Of a DNA stretch of 64,000 bases, positions 45,058-53,844 are shown piece after piece. Where the stretch lies: NCBI GenBank assembly GCA_965248575.1, contig CBDFJQ010000002.1, positions 5,152,001 to 5,216,000 of the forward strand. The letters are read 5' to 3'. Position 1 is the stretch's first letter. Each line of letters begins with the position of its first letter. Source of the DNA: Planctomycetota bacterium. GTDB lineage: Bacteria > Planctomycetota > B15-G4. The translations under genes were made by a program, and so were the position numbers. Below the pieces are notes generated by a model. That model ran no database searches. It was not told the origin of the DNA and saw nothing but the letters and a program-made list of their open reading frames with translations.

Positions 45058-45714
45058 CTACTCTTGCTCTCGGACCTGTGCGCGACGGGCCAATTCCTGG
45101 AGCGCCTCATCGAGATCTCCCGGGACATCGATGTCGCGTGTGATCCAAGGATCCTCCAGGACCACATGCCCGACTCGCGTCGGGTCGGATCGAATCACCG
45201 CATGGGCTGGCGCGCCCTGCGGGAGCGCCAGGAACTCGGCGACCAGGGCGGCGTGGTGGAGGCACGGGTGGCCGCGGCGACCGGCGACGCTGGGTGCGAG
45301 GATGTCCGTGCCCTCGGGGCGAGAGACCCAGGCTTCCAGCAAGCACTTCATGACGGTCACATCCACCAGGGGATGGTCGACGGTGTGGAGCAGGAAGTCC
45401 TGCTCGACACCTTCGAGTCCACGTTGCAGGGAGGACGTCTGGCCACGTTCCGCCTCCTCATTGATGACGAGCTCCCAGGAACCAGCTAGTCCCTTGGCGC
45501 TGTCGGACGCAGGGACCCGCTGCTTGCTCGTCTCCAAGATGGCTTCGACCTCACGCGCGATCTTGGACGAGACAACGACGCGTGTGTGTTCGATGCCGGC
45601 CAGGGCCAGGCTCTTGAGGCACAGCTCGGTCGCTGTGAGTTCGCCCAACTGCAGCAGGGCCTTGGGCTGTCCCATGCGCTGGCCCTTGCCGGCGGCCAAC
45701 AGGATGGCGAGCAT
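45058..45714 (-). CDS. MocA/MobA-like NTP transferase
   Basis: ILLAAGKGQRMGQPKALL, GQTSSL, VDHP, GRRGHP, DIDVPGD. Confidence 0.88.
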   Translation of the reverse strand: MLAILLAAGKGQRMGQPKALLQLGELTATELCLKSLALAGIEHTRVVVSSKIAREVEAILETSKQRVPASDSAKGLAGSWELVINEEAERGQTSSLQRGLEGVEQDFLLHTVDHPLVDVTVMKCLLEAWVSRPEGTDILAPSVAGRRGHPCLHHAALVAEFLALPQGAPAHAVIRSDPTRVGHVVLEDPWITRDIDVPGDLDEALQELARRAQVREQE

Positions 45715-45783
45715 TCATCGACTCCAAGGGCGGCGGGGGGCCGGGCGACAGGGTTTCGACCTTAACAGGCTCGGGGGGCGGCC

Positions 45784-47262
45784 ATGACAGCCAAGCAGGG
45801 GCAGCAGGCGGTCCAGGGCGTTGAAGGCAAGACGCTGTCCCGACGCGTTGAACACAACGCGGCGACCCAAATCGTCGGCCGACTCTACACGTCCACGTTG
45901 GCCTTCGTGATCACGGCTGTCGTTTTGCCGCGGCAGCTCGGCGCGCACGACTTCGGCATCTTTGCGTTCTATCTCAGCCTTCATCAGTTGCTCCAGAACG
46001 TCTTCGATTTCGGTGCTTCGACCATCGTCATCCGGGATGCCAGCAAGGATCGGGAGGACGCTGGGCGGCTGATCGGCATGCTCGTGTGCATCAAGGGCGT
46101 CGTCGCATGCCTGGCAATGCTGGCACTGATCGTCGTGGCCTGGGTCTTCGAAGGGCCGGGGAGCCGCTTCTGGTTGTTGGCCCTGGCAGCCATCCCCCTG
46201 CTCTTCCACGCACCGGCTGGTGCAGGTGCCATCTTCAACGTGGACATGACCTTCAAGTGGTCGGTGTTCGCGTCCGTCGCGGGCCAGTCCGGCTGGCTCT
46301 TGGCGACGCTCGGCTTGGCCCTCTCGGGAGTGTCCCGGCCCGCCCCCTACCTGGTGGCCTTCGGGCTCGGGACGGCGCTGAATGGCACACTCAATTACGT
46401 CTGGGGATCCCGCCGCGTCCGCATCCGGTTCGATGCGGGTCGCGCAGCCTTTTCCAAGCTGTGGAAGGAGGCGTGGCCCGCGGGAGTCTCCATGACCATG
46501 GCTTCCGTGTACTTCTTCATCGACACCGCGATGCTGCGACCGATCCTGGGTGAGGTCGCCGTCGCGAAGTACAGCGTGGCCTACCGTTTGATGACGTTCG
46601 TGCTCATGGTCCCGGTGCTGTTCAGCAATGTGCTCTTCCCCGTCTTCGCCCGGCTCTGGGATCTGGGAGCGCCTTCGCTGCGGCCGTTCTTCCAGCGCTC
46701 GCTGCGGGTCTTGGTGGCGCTGGGGCTCACCGTCTTGGCCACGGTCCCCCTGATCAGCCAAGACATCATGCAGGTGGTCTATGAGCCCGAGTACTTCTCC
46801 AGCGCAGGCGCGCTCGTCATCTTGTGTTGCGCGATTGCCGCCGTGTTCGCTGCCTATCCCCACGTGCTGCTACTGCTCGCCTCCGGCCATCAGCGCGTGA
46901 TGATGGTCATCTCCACCCTGGGAGCCGCACTGAACATCGGCATGAACCTGTGGGCGATCCCGCGCTACGGGATCGAAGGGGCGGCGTGGACCACCGTGGC
47001 GACCGAGGGCTTCATCTTGTTGGCCGCTGCGCTTTGCGGTTGGAAACTGACGCGTGTGGCGCTGGATGTCCGCAGTCTCGGGCGCCCGCTCCTGTGTGCG
47101 GCTGGAGCAGGGGGCTTGCTGTGGGTGGGGCTGAACCTCCTGCCTGCGGATGCGGCCATGTTGCGGGTCGGTGTCGGGGTGGTGGTAGCAGGCCTGTGTG
47201 TGTTCGCCTCCGGCATCTTTCCCATGGACCTCGGCACAGAGGAGGGAGCACCCCATGCCTGA
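45784..47262 (+). CDS. Wzx-type oligosaccharide flippase
   Basis: About 12-14 TM; LPRQLGAHDFG, DFG, IDTAML, YSVAYRL, LNIGMNLWAIPRYGIEGAAWTT. Confidence 0.9.
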   Translation: MTAKQGQQAVQGVEGKTLSRRVEHNAATQIVGRLYTSTLAFVITAVVLPRQLGAHDFGIFAFYLSLHQLLQNVFDFGASTIVIRDASKDREDAGRLIGMLVCIKGVVACLAMLALIVVAWVFEGPGSRFWLLALAAIPLLFHAPAGAGAIFNVDMTFKWSVFASVAGQSGWLLATLGLALSGVSRPAPYLVAFGLGTALNGTLNYVWGSRRVRIRFDAGRAAFSKLWKEAWPAGVSMTMASVYFFIDTAMLRPILGEVAVAKYSVAYRLMTFVLMVPVLFSNVLFPVFARLWDLGAPSLRPFFQRSLRVLVALGLTVLATVPLISQDIMQVVYEPEYFSSAGALVILCCAIAAVFAAYPHVLLLLASGHQRVMMVISTLGAALNIGMNLWAIPRYGIEGAAWTTVATEGFILLAAALCGWKLTRVALDVRSLGRPLLCAAGAGGLLWVGLNLLPADAAMLRVGVGVVVAGLCVFASGIFPMDLGTEEGAPHA

Positions 47263-48409
47263 ACTGACGTTAGGCGTCGACGCGCGCCCGGCTCTGTTCG
47301 GGCGAACTGGATTTGGGCGGGTTGTCCGGGAGAGCATCAGGGCCTTGAGGGAACGCGACGACGTGCGCGTGCGGGCCTATGGCGCGGCATGGCGTCGGGC
47401 ACGTCCTGATTCACCCATGGCCGATGTCTGTGCCCCGCGCTGGCCTGGGCGACTGCAACATCTCCTGGCCCCCGTTGGCTTTGGTGTGGAGTCGGTGCTG
47501 GGCAAGCTCGACATCTATCACCACACGGATCTGGTGTTCGCCCCCGTGCGGCGCACGCCAGAGGTCTTGACCATCTACGACCTCGTGTTCCTGCAGGATC
47601 AACGGTGGCACAAACCCGGCTTCGGCCGGGCAGTCATGAAGCGGCTGTCACCGCGAGCCGCTCGTGCCCGTCAGATCGTGGTGCCTTGCCAGCGCGTTGC
47701 GGACGATGTCGTGCGTCACGGCCTGGCGCCGGCGTCGCGTGTGCAGGTGGCTTGCTTGGGTGCGGACCACATGAATCCAGCCCCGGACCCCGCCGACGCA
47801 GCGCGCGTCGCGCGTGTCTTGAGACGTTCCGGCTTGGGAGCCCGCCGCGAGACCCCGCTGGTGCTGCTGCCCGGCACCCGTGAACCCCGCAAGAATCAAG
47901 CTGCCGTCCTGGATGCCTTCCTGCGTGGTGAGGGTGGGTCGGCAGCCGACCTGCTGTTCGTGGGAGCACCGGGCTGGGGTTGCGCCGAGCTGGAGCAACG
48001 TTTGCTGCGCCTTGTCGGCAGCGAGGCGGGGCAGGGGATGTCGACGCGCCGCGTAGGAGTGGCTGGCGAGGTGACTGAGCTGGAGCTCGAGGCGCTCTAC
48101 AAGGCCTGCGATCTGGTGGTCTACCCTTCGCTCGCCGAGGGCTTCGGACTGCCCGTGGCCGAGGCCATGGCGTGCGGGCGGGCGGTGCTGACCTCTCGCG
48201 GGACTCCGATGGCTGACTTCGGTGGAGACGCCGTGGAGGCCGTCGATCCCAGGGATGTCGTGGCCTTGGAGCGTGCGTTGAATGGCCTGCTCGAGTCGGC
48301 GAGCTGGCGCGCGGAGCTGGGAGCGTCCGCAGCCTCACGCATCGCGCCTTGCACCTGGGAGTCTCACACTCAGGTCTTGGTCGACGTCTATCGTTCAGCT
48401 CTTTCGTAG
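47255..48409 (+). CDS. Glycosyltransferase family 4
   Basis: GVDARP..TGFGR, TIYDL, EPRKN, YPSLAEGFGLPVAEAMACG. Confidence 0.92.
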   Translation: MPELTLGVDARPALFGRTGFGRVVRESIRALRERDDVRVRAYGAAWRRARPDSPMADVCAPRWPGRLQHLLAPVGFGVESVLGKLDIYHHTDLVFAPVRRTPEVLTIYDLVFLQDQRWHKPGFGRAVMKRLSPRAARARQIVVPCQRVADDVVRHGLAPASRVQVACLGADHMNPAPDPADAARVARVLRRSGLGARRETPLVLLPGTREPRKNQAAVLDAFLRGEGGSAADLLFVGAPGWGCAELEQRLLRLVGSEAGQGMSTRRVGVAGEVTELELEALYKACDLVVYPSLAEGFGLPVAEAMACGRAVLTSRGTPMADFGGDAVEAVDPRDVVALERALNGLLESASWRAELGASAASRIAPCTWESHTQVLVDVYRSALS

Positions 48410-48421
48410 ACTCTCCGTTCC

Positions 48422-51190
48422 ATGCGCATGCTCAACACCCACTTCGCAATTGCCCCATGGCTGTCAGGCCTTGTCTTGCTGGTCTCCTTGCTGGGCTGTT
48501 CGCCGGATTCCGATGAGGGCGGGGCGGGGGGCGGCTCCGGGGCGGCGCCTGGCAAGGAGACGGTCGCCCCCGGCGCGCACGGTGCTGACACCATGGCGCC
48601 CCTGAGCAGTTCGGCAGTCCCCGCCAATCGTTATGCAGAGGACTATCCCAGCCTCGCTGCCCTCAGCAACGCAGATGTCTGGGTGCTTTGCCAAGAGTGG
48701 GACGGTCGGCGGGACACCCTCTCCTTGGGCTTGCTCACGGAGTGGGAGCAAGAAGATCGTCAGCAGCTCTACACCTCGCCGACCCATGTCTTCGGCACGG
48801 CCATGGCGCGCGGGCTGGACGATGTGCTGCACGTCGTCTGGGCCGAGCAGCTGGGTCAGGGTTGGGCTCTGCGTGAACTCGACGTTCAAGCTGGCGCGAC
48901 ACCGGGGGAGCTGGGCGCCGTCTCCGCGCCCCGCACCCTCGTGGCGGCAGACTCCGGAAATTGCAGCGAGCCGCAGCTGGTGTCCGATGAGGACGGTCGG
49001 CTGATGCTGGCCTGGATCGCGGTTCATCCAGGTGGGCTGAGCCTGCGTGCCCAGGCCTACGTGCCCGGCAGCGGGTGGGGCCCGGCCATCGACATCGCGT
49101 CGGGCAGCCTGGATCAGTGGGCACCCGAGTTGATCAACGTGGAGCCAGGTCTCTTCGCCTTGGCCTGGGACGCGGCCCTGGATGGCAACTTCGACATCTA
49201 CCTGGCGCGGCTTTCCGTGCACGAATCCGGAGCTTCCGGGCCACAGGTGGCGATCGACTCAACGCAACGGGTCACGGACAGTCCGCGCTACGAAGCCCAG
49301 CCTGCCCTGGCGGCCGCGGGCGATCGTCTGTACCTGGCGTATGAGGTGGCCGATGAGGGTTGGGGGCGTGAGGGCTCCGTCAACAAGCTCGACGAAGCCC
49401 TGCACATCAGCCGCCGCCTGGAGTTGGTCGCCATCGAGGGAGAGACGCTTGCGCGCTTGGCCGTGCCGTTCATGGAGGGCGTCAGCAAGGGACTGAAGGA
49501 CGGCTGCGAACAACCGCAGTTGCAGGTGGACGGTAACGGGAACCTGGTGCTCTTCTTCCGCGGGCTGACCCTGCCCGACAGCCTGAACAACCCGGACGAC
49601 TCCCAGTTCCAGCAACGCGTCTCCCAGCGGAACGGGGCAGGTGTGGGCTGGAGGACCTCCATCTGGTTCAGCTTCATGAGCCGATTCGACGGCGCGCAGT
49701 GGTTGTTGGAGGGGGTGCACCAGCGGGCGGTTCCCGGGAGCAACGGTCGTGGCGATGCGCCGATCGTGCTGACCCGGCTCAAGCAAGGCGGGACGGCCTA
49801 CGCCGTCGTGGGCGATGCCCGCGAGAGGCAAGCCGTTGAAGCCCAAGGAACCGAAGGCGAGGTGTTCAGCCTCAACTGGTGGGAGCCCATCAGCACCGAA
49901 TCGACGCTGGTGATCACTGGGCGACTTCGCAAGGGCGCTGCGGTGGGCTCGATTCCCCTGGGTCCTGGGCGCCCGATGCCGGAGTGGCCGACGGCATGGG
50001 GCGGCGCCACCGAGCACGTGACGCGTGAACTCGCCGATGGTCGCAGCGTCGAGCTGGCTCTAGGGGATCTCCACCGGCACAGCGATCTGTCTCGCTGCTC
50101 CGGCAACTGGGACGGTCCCATCCTGGAAGCCCTGCGCTACGGATACGCCGTCGGTGGGTTGCAGTTCATGGCTGTGACGGACCACTTTGAACACATGACG
50201 CGCTACGACTGGTGGCGCAGTCTCGCGTTCATGGATCTCTACGATTCTCCTGGCCGATTCGTGAACTTCCGGGCCTACGAACGAGCGGATGCACAGACGG
50301 GTCACCGCAACGTGATCTCCGGCTCGACCATCCTGCCGATGGTGGCGTACCGCAAGGAGTTCCTGGAGGGGCGCGATGACGCCCGCGCCAACTCCCCCGA
50401 CCAACTCTGGCGACACTTCGCAGGTAAAGACCTGTTGACGATCCCTCACACGCCGGCAGGCATGTACGAGCTGAGTGCGTCCGTGTTCGACTGGCTGTCC
50501 TTCAACCCCGAGTACGACCGGGTGGTGGAGATCTTCCAATCGTATCGTGGGGCGTCGGAGGAGTTCGAAGGCCCGCGCGCGATCGCCAGCAGCCACCCGA
50601 CACGCTTCGCCCGCGCGGCCTTGGATGGTGGCCTGCACTTCGGCTTCATTGCGTCGAGCGACCACCAATCCACCTACGGTGCCTTTGCGGGTGCCTGGAC
50701 CACGGGGCTTTCCCGGGGCGAGGTCTTCGAGGCCCTGCACAGTCGTCGCACCTTCGCGTCCACGGCTCGCATGTCCCTCTGGGCCGATTGGGACGGTGTG
50801 GCCATGGGCGAGGTCCAGAAGACCGGCCCGACAGAGAGCGGCCGCTTGTCGCTTGAGGCGCAGGTCTTTGACCGGGAGTTCGCTCTGGCGGAGCTCGTGG
50901 TGGACGGTGTGGTGGTGGAGACGCGCGAGCTTCAGGGGGACCGCGTCGAGCTGGTTTTCGAAGGCGAGGCCCTGGCGGTCCCTGCAACAGGGGCGGCCTA
51001 TGCCTACGTGCGCGTGCGCACCACGGACGGAGAGCTCGGCTGGACGAGCCCGACGCGACGGGGGCCCGATGCCAAAGTGCCGGATGGCCCGCTGGGTGTG
51101 GATGCATTCGACGCAACGACGGGGCCCGCACTGCAGCAGCCGTTCAAATCGTCCGCTCAATGGGGGGGTGGCGCTCCGGACGGGCGCTGA
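48422..51190 (+). CDS. Large lipoprotein with beta-propeller-like N-region and PHP-like (DUF3604/CehA-McbA type) metallohydrolase domain
   Basis: Lipobox LLG-C; GDLHRHS..S...DG, AVTDH, GHRNV, IPH, VEIFQ, GFIASSDH, EALHSRRTFAST. Confidence 0.75.
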   Translation: MRMLNTHFAIAPWLSGLVLLVSLLGCSPDSDEGGAGGGSGAAPGKETVAPGAHGADTMAPLSSSAVPANRYAEDYPSLAALSNADVWVLCQEWDGRRDTLSLGLLTEWEQEDRQQLYTSPTHVFGTAMARGLDDVLHVVWAEQLGQGWALRELDVQAGATPGELGAVSAPRTLVAADSGNCSEPQLVSDEDGRLMLAWIAVHPGGLSLRAQAYVPGSGWGPAIDIASGSLDQWAPELINVEPGLFALAWDAALDGNFDIYLARLSVHESGASGPQVAIDSTQRVTDSPRYEAQPALAAAGDRLYLAYEVADEGWGREGSVNKLDEALHISRRLELVAIEGETLARLAVPFMEGVSKGLKDGCEQPQLQVDGNGNLVLFFRGLTLPDSLNNPDDSQFQQRVSQRNGAGVGWRTSIWFSFMSRFDGAQWLLEGVHQRAVPGSNGRGDAPIVLTRLKQGGTAYAVVGDARERQAVEAQGTEGEVFSLNWWEPISTESTLVITGRLRKGAAVGSIPLGPGRPMPEWPTAWGGATEHVTRELADGRSVELALGDLHRHSDLSRCSGNWDGPILEALRYGYAVGGLQFMAVTDHFEHMTRYDWWRSLAFMDLYDSPGRFVNFRAYERADAQTGHRNVISGSTILPMVAYRKEFLEGRDDARANSPDQLWRHFAGKDLLTIPHTPAGMYELSASVFDWLSFNPEYDRVVEIFQSYRGASEEFEGPRAIASSHPTRFARAALDGGLHFGFIASSDHQSTYGAFAGAWTTGLSRGEVFEALHSRRTFASTARMSLWADWDGVAMGEVQKTGPTESGRLSLEAQVFDREFALAELVVDGVVVETRELQGDRVELVFEGEALAVPATGAAYAYVRVRTTDGELGWTSPTRRGPDAKVPDGPLGVDAFDATTGPALQQPFKSSAQWGGGAPDGR

Positions 51191-51195
51191 TCAAC

Positions 51196-52305
51196 GTGCG
51201 GATAGGTCTCGACCTCAGTCTGCAGGAGTTGCCCGAACCGACAGGCGTCGAGCGTGCCCAGGCGTCCTTGATCGAGGGTTTGCTCGCTGCGGATGTTGAC
51301 CATGAGTTCGTTCTCTTCGCGCACGAGACGCTGCCCGACCGATGGCGAGAGGCCGCTGGAGTCCGGGCGGGGGTGAGCGTGGTGGAGGGCCCGCCCCGGC
51401 CGCTCTGGTTCTGGCGGGAGAGCGTGGTCCCGAGGGCCCTGCGCGAGCAAAAGGTCGAGCTCTTCCACTCGCCAGTGTCCGCGATCCCGCTCCGCGCACG
51501 CTGTCCCCTGCTCGCAACCGTGCACGAGGTCCCGTGGGCCGAGGAGGCTGGTGCGGAGGGAGATCAGGCCGCCTCACACCGGCTCAGACTGCACCTGGCC
51601 GCAAACTTTGCAGCACGCCTGTTGTGCGTGTCCGAGCGCACGGCGGAGCAGGTGCGGCGGCTGCACCCGGACAGCTCGGACCGCATAAGGGTGATTCCCA
51701 ACGGCTTGTCCTCGACCTGGCCCACCGCGCCCATAGGAAGCTCCCCGGGGCAGGCACCGGACCTCATCGAGACACCCTTCGTGCTCGCCGTGGGGCGCCT
51801 GCGCAAGAAGAAGAACCTCATGCGGCTGCTCGACGCCTTCGCTCTGCGCCTGGGGGCTGGAGGGTCTGAGCAACTGGTCCTGGCGGGCCCTGAGGGGGAT
51901 GCCTCAGACGCCTTGCGCGCCCGCGCGGCTCAGGCCGACCTGGCTGGGCACGTGGTGTTCACTGGTTATGTCGACGACCGCTCCCTGGCGCAGCTGTATT
52001 CGGATGCGGCGTGCCTGGCCTACCCTTCTCTCTTCGAGGGTTTCGGCTTGCCGGTGCTCGAGGCCATGTCGGTGGGGGCGCCGGTGCTCGTCTCCCGGCA
52101 AGGCGCGATCCCCGAGGCCGGAGGCGATGCGGTGCTCGCCGTGGACGGTGAGGACGTTGCGGCCTTGCATCAGGGCCTGTCGCGCCTGCTCGAGGATGCA
52201 CAGCTGACGGAGGCACTCCGGGCGGCAGGCAACGAGCAAGTGCAGCAGTGCAGTATCCAACGCGCCGTGCGCGCCGTGCTGGATGTGTATGCGGAGTTGG
52301 CATGA
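51196..52305 (+). CDS. Glycosyltransferase family 4
   Basis: RIGLD..TGVER, TVHE, KKN, YPSLFEGFGLPVLEAM. Confidence 0.92.
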   Translation: MRIGLDLSLQELPEPTGVERAQASLIEGLLAADVDHEFVLFAHETLPDRWREAAGVRAGVSVVEGPPRPLWFWRESVVPRALREQKVELFHSPVSAIPLRARCPLLATVHEVPWAEEAGAEGDQAASHRLRLHLAANFAARLLCVSERTAEQVRRLHPDSSDRIRVIPNGLSSTWPTAPIGSSPGQAPDLIETPFVLAVGRLRKKKNLMRLLDAFALRLGAGGSEQLVLAGPEGDASDALRARAAQADLAGHVVFTGYVDDRSLAQLYSDAACLAYPSLFEGFGLPVLEAMSVGAPVLVSRQGAIPEAGGDAVLAVDGEDVAALHQGLSRLLEDAQLTEALRAAGNEQVQQCSIQRAVRAVLDVYAELA

Positions 52306-53444
52306 GAATCGTGGTGGACGCCACCATGCTGGACGGGAAACCGTCAGGTGCAGCAACTCGACTCGAAGCGCTGCACGAGGCCTTGGTGGTGCAGATGGCT
52401 TCGGAGCCAGGAGCGCTGGAGGTCCGCTATCTCGTGCGCCCTGGTGCGGATGTGTTGTCCGGAGCCAGCTGCATTCCGTTCGAAGGCTTGGGCACTCCGT
52501 TTCGCCGGGCCCGCTGCGGGTCACGATTGGATGCCTTGCTCACGGAGCAGGGTGCCGAACTCTTCAGTGCCGGGGCGCTCCCCATGCCCCATGTGCGATC
52601 CGTTCCAAGCGTCCTGACCTTGCACGATGTGCGCTTCATGGTGCCGGGAGCAGGGCAGTCCTGGGTGCGCCGGATCTGGGCCGCCAATCTCTTGCGCAGG
52701 AACCTCCGGCGTGCAACGGCCGTCGTGGCCGTCTCCGACTCGACGCGTCAGGCCGTTCTGGATCGGCAGTTGGTCGCAGAAGGCCAAGTCCACGTCGTGC
52801 CCAATGCCGGGACGCCTGGGCTGGAGCGCGTGTACGACATCCAGGCGCTGGCGGACTTCCGCCGACGTGTGGACCTGTCCTCGCGCTACGTCTTGGCGCT
52901 CGGGCCGGCGGAACCGCACAAACGGATTGAGGACCTGATCCAGGTGCTGGCAGCCGTTCGGCAACACGAGGCGGGTTCCGACCTGGCGTTGGTCCTCGTT
53001 GGCAGAACAGAGGCTCGGCGTGCCTTCGGCCTGGCTCGACTTGCGGAGAGCCTCGGTGTCGCGAACGCGTTTCGCATGACGGGCGTGCTGCCCCAGAACG
53101 ACTTGGCCATCGCCATGTCGGGTGCTGATGCGTTGATCTCTGCCGCGCATCATGAGGGCTTTGGGATCCCTGCGGTGGACGCCCAACGATTGGGTGTTCC
53201 AGTCGTCGCAGTGCGAGCCGGCGCCTTGGCAGAGGTGACCGATGGGGCGGCCTGGCTGTCGGACCCAGGAGACCTGGCGGGGCTTGCCGCGGCGCTTCTG
53301 GACGCCACGAACCCCGGAGATGTCCGTGAGGCGAGACTTCGCGCCGGGATGAAGGCGGCCGATCGCTGGAGCTGGGATCTTTCTGCCGGGCAGCTGGTGA
53401 AATTGTGGCGCGACGCTCTTTCTCACTGGGAATCACCGACTTAG
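52302..53444 (+). CDS. Glycosyltransferase family 4
   Basis: MRIVVDA, TLHD, EPHK, EGFGIPAVDAQ (Asp replaces the usual second Glu). ATGA overlap. Confidence 0.88.
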   Translation: MRIVVDATMLDGKPSGAATRLEALHEALVVQMASEPGALEVRYLVRPGADVLSGASCIPFEGLGTPFRRARCGSRLDALLTEQGAELFSAGALPMPHVRSVPSVLTLHDVRFMVPGAGQSWVRRIWAANLLRRNLRRATAVVAVSDSTRQAVLDRQLVAEGQVHVVPNAGTPGLERVYDIQALADFRRRVDLSSRYVLALGPAEPHKRIEDLIQVLAAVRQHEAGSDLALVLVGRTEARRAFGLARLAESLGVANAFRMTGVLPQNDLAIAMSGADALISAAHHEGFGIPAVDAQRLGVPVVAVRAGALAEVTDGAAWLSDPGDLAGLAAALLDATNPGDVREARLRAGMKAADRWSWDLSAGQLVKLWRDALSHWESPT

Positions 53445-53778
53445 GTTCGGCCCCTCCCCTGGCTAGCACCTATTCAGCGTAAAAAGGCGGCAGTTTCGGA
53501 CATGCGCGTCTGAAGGCCCCTCCCCTGTCGCTCGCTGAAGTCGGTCCCATCTGGGGTCGACGATGGCTAGACTTCCGGTGCAATCCCGAAGTTGGTCCCC
53601 CTCTCCCTCGACATAGATGGCCTTCGCCGGGCCGCAAGGCCTCCGGCGAACTCCCGATCGGCCGTCTCGCACCCTGATGATCACCGACCGCAACAGCGGC
53701 CGGACCGCCCAGCTCTCATCCGAGCTGGCGTCCGTCTGCGGCTTCCATTCCATCCACCAGGATCGGGTTCGCGCCCAG

Positions 53779-53823
53779 GGTCCGATCGTTCGAGGTCCGA
53801 TAGTTCGAGATCCGAGAACTCCT
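53779..53823. repeat. 15-bp tandem direct repeat (2 near-exact copies + 1 degenerate)
   Basis: GGTCCGATCGTTCGA / GGTCCGATAGTTCGA / GATCCGAGAACTCCT. Confidence 0.7.
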
Positions 53824-53844
53824 GAAGCATGTGGGCCTGCGCCC

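Noticed and set aside
45058..45714. Link between the MocA-like gene and the molybdoenzyme at 2448
   Set aside because: They are 40 kb apart, and the GRRGHP-type protein looks more like the cytidylyltransferase serving xanthine-oxidase-family enzymes than MobA.
53449..53823. CRISPR array
   Set aside because: Repeats are 12-15 bp, only 2-3 copies, irregularly spaced, and no cas genes are present.
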